A DNA stretch of 64,000 nt from Octopus sinensis (Eukaryota): assembly GCF_006345805.1 (NCBI RefSeq), contig NC_043002.1, forward strand, positions 8,494,001 through 8,558,000, written 5' to 3'. Shown here piece after piece: positions 14,040 through 27,675 of the stretch (the first letter of the stretch is position 1; each line of letters starts with the position of its first letter). The translations under genes and the position numbers were made by a program. The notes under the pieces are model-generated. The model did not search any database, was not told the origin of the DNA, and saw only the letters and a list, made by a program, of their open reading frames with translations.

Positions 14040-14614
14040 TAATAAATCATAATTCCAAGGAGAAAAGAATGACATCTTGACATTAGATGAGGTTGTAAAT
14101 GGAAATATTTTAAACATTCTGTGAAAATATGTCTGGCCAGGAGAAATATTATCTTGCTTGGAAACAGATAAGGGATGAAGACAGGATGGACGTCATAGAA
14201 AATCTGCCTCAATAAACTTTGTTCAACCCATGCAAGCATGAAAAAATGGATATTAAAATGGTGATGATATATATATATATATATCTGTGTGTGTGTGTGT
14301 GTGTGTGGAGGCGCAATGGCCTAGTGGTTAGGGCAGCGGACTCGCGGTCGCAGGATTGCGGTTTCGATTCCCAGACCGGGCGTTGTGAGTGTTTAGTGAG
14401 CGAAAACACCTAAAAGCTCCACGAGGCTCCGGCAGGGGGTGGTGATCCCTGCTGTACTCTTTCACCACTCTTTCTCCCACTCTTTCTTCTGTCGGCCTGC
14501 TCGCTTAGCCAGCGGGGTGGCGTCATTCGAAGGCTAAAACAATGCGAATGCATTGTGACCAGCGATGTGTAACTACATCTGATGGTCTGGTCGGTCACGT
14601 GATCACGTGATATA

Positions 14615-14653
<39 letters not shown>

Positions 14654-14880
14654 TATCATTAACATACACTTTTCCATGCTTGCATGGGCAAGATAGAATT
14701 GGTTGTGGCAGATTTTCTATGGCTGGATATCCTTCCTATGGCTAGCCATCACTTGTTTCTAAGCAAGATAATATATCTCCTTCACTGGACATGTTTTCAC
14801 AGAAGACTGAAAATAAAGGAGGTCGCTTGTATGTTGGTGATACTCATTTACAACACCTCCACAATGTCATGGTAAAGTGA
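14040..14880. mobile_element. Two inverted copies of an older family D-related element (14040-14270 +, 14655-14880 -); another at ~31200-31380
   Basis: Shared aacccatgcaagcatggaaaa tail motif and caagcaagataatat core. Confidence 0.55.
14307..14610 (+). mobile_element. SINE family C (tRNA head), tail type 1
   Basis: GGAGGCGCAATGGCCTAGTGGTTAGGGCAGCGGACTCGCGGTCG...GGTTTCGATTCCC head; body gagcgaaaacacctaaaagctccacgaggctccggcagggggtggtg. Confidence 0.8.
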
Positions 14881-14977
14881 CACACACATGCATTCACACA
14901 TATAACTAACTTTAACAGTGTTTTTGTTGAAAATCTTGTGGTATTTGTGTGAATGTGGGAAGTGCACATGCATACCC

Positions 14978-15020
<43 letters not shown>

Positions 15021-16574
15021 TATATACCGTTTCGCGACCGTTGCCAGCACCGCCCTGTTTCGTGTCCGTTGCCAGCCTCGCCTGGCCCTCGTGCCGGTGG
15101 CACATAAAAAGCACCATCCGTTCGTGGCCGTTTGCCAGCTCTGTCTGGCACCAGTGCGGGTGGCACGTAAAAAGCACCCACTACACTCACGGAGTGGTTG
15201 GCGTCAGGAAGGGCATCCAGCCGTAGAAACACTGCCAGATTTGACTGGGCCTGATGAAGCCTTCTGGCTTCACAGACCCCAGTAGAACCGTCCAACCCAT
15301 GCTAGCATGGAAAACGGACGCTAAATGATGATGATGATGATGATGATGATTGTGCATGAACATTCTCACATAAGATAATTAAGGAATTAATTTATGGTAG
15401 ATACAAATACTTGCAAAAGTCAAGATCTGTCCAGCCCATACCAAAATAGACTGACACCGTAAACAGAGAATAAGGACCTTACTATTCTTACTTTAAAATT
15501 ATAGGTTTCCAGTATGGATACAGTCTGTGGCTATGTACATAGTTAGGAATAAGAAACCTGAAGATGACCATAGATGAAAATAATTAAAATTTTGCAAAAT
15601 AAAATATGCAAAGATTTGGTTAAATATCTGGAAAATTATGCTCTTAATGGAAAAAGAAACAGATATTAAATTAATGACATCAACACACACACACACACAC
15701 ACATACAAACAAGGCACAAGTCAATGAGAAAGCCTTTAAATGATTGCCTTTAAATGATTGCTTAGCTTATTAAAAATAATACCTAAATCTCCCTCACATC
15801 ACATCTTATTATCATAGAAAATAGGACAGACTGGAAAACATAGTGGTGAATACAGAATACCTGAACACCTAAATAACAAACAAATAAGATGAGATGGTCA
15901 AGGCCTGGAATGCCTTTAATCTTGGGTCTGTTTGATCTGGGTTGATCAAAATCTAAATAACAAGACATTCCCTGGGAATCCAACCACAGATTAGAAGCTG
16001 TTGTTGTTTAACCCCAGGTCATCTATGGTCACGGGTATTCTATTTTGTATATCAGTTTAACATTGTGCAATATATCCTTGTTTTTAAAAGAAGGTAGGGT
16101 GTGATTTTAGGGAGATTTGGCTGCTATTTCTTGCACAGAATCTCCATTGCTGGGCTGTTAAGTTGAGAATGTGTAGATTAAGTTGTCCAAATGAAATTTT
16201 CTGATTGCTATACTATTAGCTATGTTACCTATCATCACAAGTTACACATTCTATATTAAAAAATTTAATTATTTTAATAACATAATTTACTCTCTAGGCA
16301 GCTGATTAATTTCATAGTTTTTGAATTTTCCATTAGCTTTAATTGATAAACTTTCACATCTACAAATAGACTTATCAAATCTAAAGTTTTGTCTTATACC
16401 TTTATATAAGGATGTCATCAAGCATGCATTGATATTTCTACAACTAAACTTCTTTGATGGTTTTTGTTCCATTATCATCATCATCATCGTTTAACGTCTG
16501 TTTTCCGTGCTAGCATGGGTTGGACAGTTCGACCAGGGTCTGGGAAGCCAGGAGGCTGCACCAGGCAGTTCCAC

Positions 16575-17045
16575 AAGACTAATTTGAATGCTCCCAGCTT
16601 AGGGTGGCACACGTAGTGATCAGATAGCTGCAGCTGTCTTTGTGTGATCTTCTCGCTAACCTTCAGCAGGTTTTCATAAAGGCAATTCATTTGTCATATG
16701 TTGCTGCCATTTCACATTTAGAGCCATTTGTAACACCCTTGTGTAGCATCCACTTAATCCATTTGATAATTTCTTTGTCAGTGTCCATATTTCACTGCCA
16801 TATAATAGCACTGATTCAACAGTTGCAATAAACAGCTTTGTTTTGATTTTCCTGGGCAATTTCATGTTCCAGACTTTCTTTAGTTTGTGACAAGCTGTCC
16901 ATGTTTGTGTCTTCCTGATCTTTGATGTCTGCTTCCAAACTGCTTACCCAACTACCAAAGTACTTAAAATCTTCAGCAGCATTCAATTTGGAACCACTCA
17001 GAACAAACAGTTCAGTATCACCTGATTGGTTGAAAGACATGTATT
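16575..17045 (-). mobile_element. RTE-X-like LINE RT fragment (frameshifted)
   Basis: EDFKYFGSWVSS and KLFIATVESVLLYGSEIWTLTKKLSNGLSGCYTRVLQMALNVKWQQHMTNE. Confidence 0.8.
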
Positions 17046-17443
17046 CTGTTTTCTTGATGGGTGCAGATTTTACATGAGTAGAAGCATTTTTTAATAAATT
17101 TTACCCTGAAAATCACCTGCGTAAATTACACAGGTGTGCAAATAATATGGGTTTTTATGGTATTTGTGAATTGCTAACATCATGCCCTGCAGAAATGAAT
17201 AAAATGACTGGTGAATTTCATCAAATTTACACAAAACTGTTTGAGACTGTATTCTTTTTCCGTTTTTACTTTTTTCCTTGCCTTTCTTACCAGTTATGAA
17301 AAAGTGAAAACTGATGACATCATTTTATCTAAAAAGTGACAGAATTTCCTCCTCTTCCATATTTTGAATTTTTCTGTTTCTGTATTTCCTGTTTTTCATT
17401 TTACGTTTTAAACCTGAGGAAGACAGACAATCTGTTGAAATAA

Positions 17444-17840
17444 TACTCTTACTCTTTTACTTGTTTCAGTCATTTGACTGCGGCCATGCTGGAGCACCGC
17501 CTTTAGTCGAGCAAATCGACCCCGGGACTTACTCTTTGTAAGCCCAGTACTTATTCTATCGGTCTCTTTTGCCGGACCGCTAAGTGACGGGGACGTAAAC
17601 ACACCAGCATCGGTTGTCAAGCAATGCTAGGGGGACAAACACAGACACACAAACATATACACACACACTTATATATATACATATATACGACAGGCTTCTT
17701 TCAGTTTCCGTCTACCAAATCCACTCACAAGGCATTGGTCGGCCCGGGGCTATAGCAGAAGACACTTGCCCAAGATGCCACGGGGTGGGACTGAACCTGG
17801 AACCATGTGGTTGGTTAGCAAGCTACTTACCACAGCCACT
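17444..17840 (-). mobile_element. SINE family A
   Basis: Near-identical to 6768-7171. Confidence 0.85.
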
Positions 17841-18629
17841 AATGTTCAATCTGTTCAACAAACAGAATCAATCCCTGTTTATTACTAACTGCATCATGCT
17901 CTTCTACTGCTGCTATTGCATGTCTAATAAGCCCATTCCATATCAATAACTGTTGCTGTAATTATCACTGTTATGTCTTTTAATTCCCTTCTTCACCAAT
18001 GATTGTTGCAGGAAATAATATCATAGCCGTCTGTTTTCTCCGTACCTCTCCCTACTCTCCAACCAATATATGTAGCTGGAAATATTTATGTTACCATCAT
18101 TTATTGGCAACTATTAAATTACAAATCTATTCCACCATGAATCTTTTCCTTCTAACATTGTGTTTTATGAAATAAACAGCTATTTGCAGAGAGCAGGTGA
18201 CTGGAATTGGCAATATCAAGAAGGTGACAGATAAGCAGATTGTTAAACTGAAAGCAGAAAGATTGGCGATCTGGAAATAAAAAGATCTTTAAAAGAATAA
18301 TAAAAAGAACAACAACAATTGGTGCTGTTGTTGTTGCTGTTTTGTTTACATGCATTTGAATCCCCTCTGAAAAGGTGACACAAATTCATGTAAACTCCCA
18401 TTTTGGCAGACTGAAATGCAGGGGATAGCTAATTACACCAACCCCAGTACTCAACTGGTACTTATTTTATTGACCCCAGTAGGGTGAAAGGCAAAGTCAA
18501 CCTTGGTGGAATTTGGACTCAGAACGTGAAGATGGACGAAGAAGCTATGTATTTTGCCTGGTGTGCTAATGGTTCTGCCGGCTCACTGCCATAATAATAA
18601 TAATAATAATAATGATGATGATAATAATA

Positions 18630-18810
18630 ATAAATGTGGCATCTCAAGGCAACTACAGTACCAGTGATTGTAGGATCTCTAGGAATGATAAAAAAAAGGT
18701 ACTGAAACCTAGTTGAAAATGATTCCAGGCTTATCATCCCAACAAGAAGTGCAAAAAATTGTATTAACTGGAACGGCTCATGTACTGAGAAGAGCATTAT
18801 TGCTGTGAAA
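18630..18810 (+). mobile_element. R4/Dong/Hero-type (restriction-like endonuclease) LINE C-terminal fragment
   Basis: MWHLKATTVPVIVGSLGMIKKG...KMIPGLSSQQEVQKIVLTGTAHVLKRAL. Confidence 0.7.
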
Positions 18811-20259
18811 ACAACATCCATCCATATTTATTAATTTTTAAATACATATTTTACCTGTGAATTTGTGCGTGTAATCTGGGAATGCATACAATGAGCTTCT
18901 CTGCCCTAGGTGTATGGAAAACACTCGGCGAGAAACGGAAGAAAATTTGAAGAAAGAAGGAAAAAAACATAATAATAATAATAATAATGATGATAAAAAT
19001 AATAATAATCCTTTCTACTAAAGGCACGAAGCCAGAAATTTTGGCAGTATATTGTAAATATATATTAGCAATATATTGTAAACATGTAGTATTAACATTC
19101 AAATATTGTCACTATTTTCCAAAATCTTGCTGCATTTCACATAGAATTTTTGGTCCTCCTTAGTCATCTTGGAGTATAAGTTGACCTACCCTTTTTGTCT
19201 GTAAATTTGACCTATAAGTTGACCTACCCTTTTTGTCTGTAAATTTTAGTCTGAAAAATTCAATTCATTTTCCAGGAAATATTCTAACTATTTCAACGAG
19301 GAGAAAGCAGGAGGGCCTCATACAGCCACCAGCTTCATTAGGGAATGGAGGCTTGACAACAAAAACATTAAAAAAAACACAACAAAACAGCATAAGCAGC
19401 AGCAATGCTAGCAAAGACAGCATTCTGCTTGTGGAAGGAAGGGAGAAAATTTCTTTGATCATAGATCAAAGTCTGACTAATAATGCAGTAAATGAATGTA
19501 GCAATAACAACCTCATTAAAAAAAAAAAAAGGCATTGGAGTGGGCGATGCATGCAGATAATTTTTTTCACTAATTATAGTGTGGCATACAATGTATTGCT
19601 TACCTATGCTTTTTAACTGAACTGAATTATTATTATTTTCTTTTTATAAGTATCACCATTATAAGTATTTATACTCTGGTGGAATTAAGAAAACAACTCA
19701 TCATCATCATTTAACGTCCGTTTTCCATGCTAGCATGGGTTGGACGGTTCGACTGGGGTCTGGTAAGGCATGGAGGCTGCACCAGGCTCTAGTCTGATCT
19801 GGCAGTGTTTCTACAGCTGGATGCCCTTCCTAACACTCCAGAGCAGACTGGCAAACGGCCACGATCGGTTGGTGCTTTTACATATCACCAACACGGATGC
19901 CAGTCAGGCGGCGCTGGCATCTGTCACATTCAGACGGTGCATTTTACGTGTCACCGACACGGGTGTCTTAACTACAATTTCCATTTGAACTTTTATTTTG
20001 ATGTTGATGTACTTGACTCAATAGGTCACAAAACCCTCAAATCCATCAGAGTACACACACACAGTCGCATATTTAGGTATGTATTTATGAATATATGTGT
20101 GTAAGTATGTACCCACACGTGTCTATGTGCATAGGTACACCATGATCTATAAACACACAGATGAGGGTCAATTCACATGAAAAAAATGTGAACAAAATAA
20201 TATAACCACTTGCTTATCAGGTAACTTGTAAGTTTGATTTAATAAAAGTTTTTTTTTAA

Positions 20260-20432
20260 TGATAATCAAACGAAATGCTCATTATTTTGAGCCACTCATC
20301 CAATGAGTATTTCAGCCAAATGTGGTGAAAATCTGTTCGGCTGTTTTTCAGTAATTTTGCAAACACACACAGACAAACAGATGAAGGTGAGTATTTATAA
20401 TACCCTGCTTTTGCTTATGTGCACAGGGTAAC
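20260..20432 (+). mobile_element. Possible Helentron/DINE-1-like (HINE) 3' end; similar fragment ~36040-36180
   Basis: cacacacagacaaacaga microsatellite-like block followed by stem-loop taccctg...cagggta. Confidence 0.4.
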
Positions 20433-20519
20433 AACATTAACTAAAACAGCAGCAGCAACATTAATAAAATCACACAAAAAAACGGCTTCCATGCCAGTGG
20501 CACATAAAAGGGCAATTTA

Positions 20520-20790
20520 AGTCTTCAGGCATGACCCATTGCATCGTATCTGTGAGATATTGAGACTTTTAGCCATTTTCCTCATGCTCTGCTGTGGATT
20601 TTGCGATAATCTCTTTCGGAGGACATCCACCAATTGTTTTGTCCTTATGGATCATTTTCAACCAAGAATGGGTTTGCTGTCGATTATTTAGATAAACATT
20701 TTGGGTTTTAGTACAATGTGTTCAAACTCGCATGACTTATATGTTCTTGAGATGGCCTGTGCTGCAACACATATGAACTGAAAGGGTTAA
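20520..20790 (-). mobile_element. Tc1/mariner-superfamily transposase N-terminal remnant
   Basis: RKRLSQNPQQSMRKMAKSLNIS helix-turn-helix-like segment. Confidence 0.45.
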
Positions 20791-22154
20791 ACAGAGTAGA
20801 TAATCAAGCAGTACTTAATTTTACAGCCAATCTGAACAATAAAAAGCAAGAGTGGATTTCACTTAATTCAAGTTACACACAATGAAGCGGAAACTAGTTA
20901 GCTAATTTAACCACAGTCCTTGCTGTCTATAATGATCAAGATTGAACTAATCTCACTCTTCATGTTGTATCATTAATATGTTGTCTTCCAGCAATTTCTA
21001 TATTAATGATGGCCAATATGAGTGTCGGTTGATTGATTTCTCCAGTCACATTTTGTATCAGAAAGAGAGTGGGGGTAGAAAGAGTAAAAGAGAGATACAG
21101 AGAGTTAACATATGTGGTGCCGGTTGAGTGCACACATTAGGTCATTATGTCTGGTGAGAGGAGGAGGAAATGACAGATTGGTTATAGAAGTATTGATTAT
21201 ACGCATGCCAGGCGGAATGCGTAGCTGTATTTCGTCTGCCATTACGTTCTGAGTTCAAATTCCGCCGAGGTCAATTTTGCCTTTCATCCTTTCGGGGGTC
21301 GATTAAATAAGTACCAGTTACGCACTGGGGTCGATTGACTTAATTCATTTGTCTGTCCTTGTTTGTCCCCTCTGTGTGTAACTCCTTGTGGGCAGTAAAG
21401 AAATAAGATTAGTTATAGAAGGAGTTATGCAAATGAGAAATTTGTTTTATTTAATTTTATTTTAAGGTAATAAATATTTTTCTTTTCAAAAATTAATATT
21501 CATTTCATAATTTTCTATAAGAACCATGAAACTTGACAATATTGTACGTATGCCATATTTCATATTACCTATGATGGGGAAAAGCATATTTCCAAAGTTA
21601 TCCATCGTATGGCAAGTAACATTTTAGTCTGATAAATAAAGTGAATGGATAGTTACGTTACAATCTTAGAAATGACAATTTCTCTCCAAACACACGTACA
21701 ATTCTAAATGCTATATTTAATGATATAATACCAGGTAGTACAGAGACAGACACAATTTTACAAATATAAAAGTTTTTCAAACTCCACCTGTCTAACACCC
21801 GTGGACATGTTTACAAAGTCAGAAAATAGCACAGCTCCCATGACTTTCGGAAACATCTTTTCACGCTAAGAGTTGCTGAAGCATGGAACAGACTGCCAGC
21901 ATCAGCTGTTAGTTGTCGGAGCACTGCATCCTTCAAAACTTCCATGCTTCCTGAGCAACACTACACCTGATTTTCTCCCCTCCATACTCATGCAAGCATG
22001 TATCTGACTCATACACTGTTCACTTTCCAGACATTTGTCCATTACTGCATATACTTTATACGCACTTTTTGACAAGTTGTGGTGCACCTGAGCACTGTAT
22101 ACAATAATTTCATTATTATTATTATTTTTTATATATTGAACATATATATTTATT

Positions 22155-22455
22155 GTTTCTGCCAACTATTTTCGATTCTTGGACTTCTTTCTTTCATCCA
22201 TCCTGATCATGGCATTGCCTTCATGTCAACTGAACTGAGACAATTCCTCCATGGTAAGAGCATAGAGACCAGTAGGACGACCCCATACAAACCAGTGGGG
22301 AATGTTCAGATCAAAAGGTTCAGTTCAACCTTATGAAAAACCATTACTTTGGCATTGAAGTTTAAGGGATTGAGTGCGAGTCACTGGCAGCACATACTCC
22401 TTGATGCTCTGCATTCTATTCACTCCCTCCTCTGTACATCCACTAACACCATTTG
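22155..22455 (+). mobile_element. Gypsy/Ty3 integrase core fragment (decayed)
   Basis: LFSILGLLSFIHPDHGIAFMSTELRQFLHGKSIETSRTTPYKPVGNVQIKRFSSTL*KTITLALK...W..ILLDALHSIHSLLCTSTN. Confidence 0.8.
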
Positions 22456-24181
22456 TCGGGGAAGACATGGTCTGACATAGAATTAAAAAAAAATTTGAAA
22501 TTAAGGTATTCTATTGTGAAAATCATCCAGCAATGATGGGTTACTCAGCTAGTATTAAACATTAGTTACAAATTTTGGTACAAGGCCAGCAATTTTGGGA
22601 GAGGGAGTAAGTCACATCGACCCCAGTTCTCTACTGGTACTTAATTTATCAAACCTGAAAGGATGAACAGTGAAATCAACTTTGGCAGAATTTGAACTCG
22701 GAATGTAAGGATGTATGAAACACTGCTAAGCATTTTGTCTGGCCTGCTAATGATTCAGCCAATTAGCTGTCTTAGCTAGAATTAAATATTTTCAATATTT
22801 ATTGAATTTTGTGAATATTATTGTTGGAAGTGAAAAATATTGTAATGTCATCTTTGACACTGCAATGAATCCTTTCTAGTAAAAGACAACAGGCATCTGC
22901 ACTAAAATGGTTTCTGCAATTTAATTTGTAGTTTGAAAAGATGAAATGTAATTGATGCTTTGCACATCAGTACGAAATATCCAGATTTGAGAGCGAAAGA
23001 AGGTATTTTTAGAACAAACTTCTTTGAAATACAACACAACCGAAAAATTATCTAATAAAGTTTTCAGAACTTAATAAAAAGAAATAAAAACAAAAATACT
23101 TTCTTTTATTTGCCACAGGGGTGTCAAATGAGGGGTAAATTATAAAGGCAGGTTACTATCAGTGTGTATAGATTTACATAAAATTATAAAACAGCAAACT
23201 CTCTTACACTACATCATCGTTTAACGTCCGCTTTCCATGCTAGCAAGGGTTGGACGATTTTGACTGAGGGCTAGCGAACCAGATGGCTGCACAAGGCTAC
23301 AATCTTGATTTGGCAGAGTTTCTACAGCTGGATGCCCTTCCTAACGCCAACCACTCCAAGAGTGTAGTGGGTGCTTTTTATGTGCCACCGGCACGGGAGC
23401 CAGTCAGGCAATACTGGTAATGACCTCACTTGAATCTTTTTACACATGCCACCATACAGGTGCCAGTAAGGCGGCGACGGTAATGATCACGCTCAAATGG
23501 TGTCCTTTTAAGTGCCACTGGCATGGAAGCCAGTTGGCTGCTCTGGCAACGATCATACTCGGATGGTGCTCTTGGTACCCTACTAGCACGGGGCTTGAGT
23601 GCCAGTAATGCGATGTTGGTAACGATCACGCTTGAATGGTGCCCTTTTATGTGCCACCGGCATGGAAGCCAGTTGGCTGCTCTGGCAACGATCACGCTCG
23701 GATGGTGCTCTTGGCACCCTACTAGCACGGGCCTAGGAAAAAGATGGAATGACCATGGGGTGAAGTCTGCTTGATCAAGGTTAACCAGACGCTAAACAAC
23801 ATCAGCAACATATGCACAGCATGTCGACTAAGCTAATAATCATTGTTTTACCAAAGATACACAGCATAATTGAAACATATGCACATTTCCTCTAAGCCCT
23901 CAGGCTATTTCAAGAGATGGTATTTAGCTCCTGTTTCAATGCATTAAACAGGTGTGATAAATCTTTCTGTGATATAACGATGACCTGGCTCAAGTAACAC
24001 TACCAGGTAATCTGAGGCAAACGGAATTAAGTGTACATACATGACCTCAAAATGTGAGATTCAAATCTTCAAAACATTAGTGAGCATTCCATCAGTTTTG
24101 GCTAATTGTGACTCTCTTAATTGCAGCATTCAATCAATATTTATTCTAAGCAAGGCAGTAAGCTGACAGAATCATCAGCAT

Positions 24182-24378
24182 GGCATAGGAGTGGCTGTGT
24201 GGTAAGTAGCTTGCTAACGAACCACATGGCTCCAGGTTCAGTCCCACTGTGTGGCACCTTGAGCAAGTGTCTTCTACTAGAGCCTCGGGCTGACAAAAGC
24301 CTTGTGGGTGGATTTGGTAGACAGAAACTGAAAGAAGCCCCTCGTATATATGTATATATATACATATATATATATATA

Positions 24379-24417
<39 letters not shown>

Positions 24418-24425
24418 CATACATG

Positions 24426-24500
<75 letters not shown>

Positions 24501-24713
24501 ATACATTTGTGCGTCTGTGTTTGTCCCCCAACATCGCTTGACAACTGATGCTGGTGTGTTTACATCCTAACTAAGCGGTTCGGCAAAAGAGACCGATAGA
24601 ATAAGAAATAGGCTTACAAAGAATAAGTCCTGGGGTTGATTTGCTAGACTAAAGATGGTGCTCCAGCATGGCCACAGTCAAATGACTGAAATAAGTAAAA
24701 GAGTAAAAGAGTA
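24182..24713 (+). mobile_element. SINE family A with expanded (TA/CA)n spacer
   Basis: Head at 24182, tail ends gtaaaagagtaaaagagta. Confidence 0.85.
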
Positions 24714-25016
24714 TGGCAAGTAAAATGCTTAGTGGCATTTGGTTCATCTTTGTGTTCTGAGTTCAAATTTCACTGAGGTTGATAGAATAAATACCAGTTA
24801 AGTCCTGGGGTCAATGTAGTCTTCCAAAATTGCTGGCTTTGTGCCAAATTTGAAACCAATATTTATTCAAAGTTTTAGTTTTCTATTATATTCGCATCCA
24901 CACCTGGGATGCTTTATAAGACTATTGATTCAATTCCAGTTCTTCCCTGGGACTTTATTTTGTTGACCCAAGAAGGATAAAAGGAAAAGTTTTCCACAAT
25001 GGAATTTGAATTTAAG

Positions 25017-25438
25017 GCAGCGAGCTGGCAGAAACATTAGCATGACAGGCAAAATGCGTAGCTGTATTTCGTCTGCCGTTATGTTCTGAGTTCAAATTCC
25101 ACCGAGGTCGACTTTGCCTTTCATCCTTTCGCGGTCGATAAATTAAGTACCAGTTATGCACTGGGGTTGATGTAATTGATTTGATACATCTGTCTGTCCT
25201 TGTTTGTCCTCTCTGTGTTTAGCCCCTTATGGGTAATAAAGAAATAGGCATTTCGTCTGCTGCTATGTTCTGAGTTAAAATTCCGCCGAGGTCGACTTTG
25301 CCTTTCATCCTTTCGGGGTCGATAAATTAAGTACCAGTTACGCACTGGGATCGATGTAATCGACTTAATCCATTTGTCTGTCCTTGTTTTGTCCCCTCTA
25401 TGTTTAGCCCCTTGTGGGTAGTAAAGAAATAGGTATTT
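25017..25438 (+). mobile_element. SINE family B dimer
   Basis: GTATTT/GCATTT junctions at 25064, 25248, 25433. Confidence 0.85.
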
Positions 25439-26502
25439 GAATTTAGAGTGCCAATATTGCAGGTATTTTGTCAAATACTTTAATGGTTCTGCCAATCTAC
25501 ATCAATATTTATTGATCTTATGCAAATGTAAGTTAATCAATTTCTTAACTCCTCCATAAGCATATGCAACCATCAATAATAGATTAGCTGAATTGACTTC
25601 AAAAGAAATAAATGCAAAACTCTGAGATTCTTTTTATAAGCAAATGAAATACTTGTTAATTAAATAGTATTCTTGCTACTTAATTATCCACAGTACTTCA
25701 GCAACACTAATTGAGTAAATAATTGTTAGCTGCATTGGCCATGCAAACCAATACCACCGACACCCTCAATCTTTCTCCTCACTTACTTTGTCTCAGTCTC
25801 ACAACAAGTTTTCCACTTCCAAACTGGCAAAATTGTTTGCCTCTCCAGTTCAAGCATATTCAAAATTTACACTTATCTCTCCTTACATTGTTATTCTGAC
25901 TGTGTATTAACTCCACCCTTTCCCAGACCTGATGGTAAGCTGTTTTATATAATCCGGTTCCTTTCCACTATCAAACTGCAATCTAACTAACTCCTGCCCC
26001 AGCTTATGTTTTGTCTATTTAACATTGCCGAGCAGAAATTCATTCTTAACAGCAACTACATTAACCAAGGCTAATGGGTCATCGTTGTCACTGTTGTCAT
26101 CATCATTATCATCACCTTCTTGTTTTTCTTCTTCTTCTTGTTTTACTACTTGTTTTTCTTCTTCTTCTTGTTTTACTACTAGTTTTTCTTCTTCTTCTTC
26201 TTACTTCTCCTCCTCCTCCCTCAGATTCAGTTTCAGATAAAATAAAGTAGGTATGGTTACACTTTGTTACTGATGTAACAAAGTGTAACCATACCTACAT
26301 ACAGGTACACACTGTTGGGTAAGAATTGTCATCAGTTCAGCTGATTATTCTATATTTTGTTCAATGATGCATTGATTTTTGTCATCTCTCACTCAATTAT
26401 AAGCCCCAAAATTCTATTAATTTGATAGAAAGAGATCAATAAAATAAGTGCAACACTGAAATAAGTATTTGAAAGCAATACCTCAATATAGTTACTGTTT
26501 AA

Positions 26503-26932
26503 CCCTTTCGTTACCGTATTTATTTTGAGATGCTCTGTGTTTCTTTCAATTACTTGAAATATAACAAAGAATTCAGTAAAATACCTCAGTTGTCATTAAG
26601 CTGGTGTTAGGAACATAAATTGTGACTAAGGTTTGGTGGAAGATTTTAGTTCAGAACTCCTGAAAACAAGGCATTTGTACTCAGAACCAGAGTCCGTTTC
26701 AGCTGAGTTGGTATCAAAAGGGTTAAGAATTGTTTCTCTTTTATATATTTTCACACTTTTGTTAACATATTTCTGTTGAGACGCTGTGTTTTTTTTCATT
26801 TAATTTTAAATATAACACAGAATTCAGTAAAATAACTAAGGTTTGATGGAAGATTTTAATTCAAAACTTATGAAAACAAGACATTTGTACTCAGAGCCAG
26901 AGCCGGTTTCAGCCGGGTTGGTAACGAAAGGG
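26503..26932. mobile_element. Two tandem copies of the same MITE (26503-26722; 26762-26932 with left-end deletion), inverted relative to 4534
   Basis: TTAA-CCCTTTCG and AAAGGG-TTAA ends. Confidence 0.8.
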
Positions 26933-27169
26933 TTAATGACAGAAATGAATAAAAACAAAAAAAAAATTATATAATTCTACCAGTTGTAATAAAAAAGGAA
27001 AATTGAGATGGTTTTAGATATGCTAGAAGCAGCAGCTAAATTTCTTTCAAACTATATACTTTATCTAAAGATAGACCCCTTGGGGAATAATAAAGGTACA
27101 TTATTCCTGGAAAAAACAGATGAGATAGCCACAGCTTGAATGATTTTGATTATAATATATTTATAGTAA

Positions 27170-27585
27170 TATATATCTGGAAGATCCTGGAAGGAATTGT
27201 GCCAAATTTTGGCATTGAAAGCTACACCAATGCCAGAACGGGATGACACTGCATAGTGCCAAAGATCCCAGCAATGCCATCATGCTTCAGGGCCCATTAC
27301 TGCAACAGCCTAGGTTTCAAGGGCCCACAGCTTTTTAATATTCTCCCAAAGAGTCTGAGGAACTTGCACAAAGTAGATGTAGGGGTTTTTAAATCAAAGC
27401 TCAACCTCTTCCTGTCGAGAGTCCCAGATGAGCCTACCTCACAGCAAGAGGTACAAATGAGGGTAGCTATATCAAACTCCATTCTTCATCAAGTGCCACA
27501 TATTGGAGGAGGCTCTTAGTAATAACAGTGTAGCACAAAACGGTGGTGCACCAGCATGGCCGCAGCTCTGAGCTGAAACTTAAAA
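27170..27585 (+). mobile_element. CR1/L2-superfamily LINE 3' end
   Basis: YIWKILEGIVPNFG...NSLGFKGPQLFNILPKSLRN...FKSKLNLFLSRVPDEP; tail ccagcatggccgcagctctgagctgaaact. Confidence 0.8.
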
Positions 27586-27675
27586 AAAAAAAAAGTCTGC
27601 TCAATCATAACCAAATGCAGACACGACAACATTAAGAAGCCAAAATGAAGATAGAACAATTGTTATGGTACTCAC

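Noticed and set aside
14307-14385. tRNA-like sequences (heads of SINE A, B, C)
   Set aside because: They continue directly into repeat bodies and lack a complete acceptor stem; SINE heads, not tRNA genes.
15255-15280. CTGATGAAGCC-TTCT-GGCTTCA hairpin
   Set aside because: No GAAA or stem III; a point variant of the family D body.
19233-19616. 127-aa ORF and alternative frame KYSNYFNEEKAGGPHTATSFIREW after an acceptor-like site
   Set aside because: No donor, no recognised homology, antisense to the host gene.
20993-21070. NFYINDGQYECRL resembling an Ig-domain DxGxYxC motif
   Set aside because: Short match, no clear donor, no other Ig-strand residues.
21522-21615. Plus-strand exon-like segments with one in-frame stop where Trp would fit (TGA at 21534; also TAA at 44732 in 44683-44820), suggesting stop-codon rescue by A-to-I editing
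   Set aside because: Antisense to the supported gene, no homolog recognised, and frames were picked post hoc. Expected by chance in AT-rich DNA. Would need RNA evidence.
21569-21628. Minus-strand AG/GT-bounded segments here and at 5964-6002, 12571-12615, 15510-15575
   Set aside because: The three supported exons already splice in frame and give a continuous domain. These segments have stops or no similarity and are likely cryptic sites.
23380-23730. Repeat-spacer look of family D arrays (CRISPR-like)
   Set aside because: Spacers are homologous to each other and to other copies, the context is a eukaryotic retroposon, and there are no cas genes.
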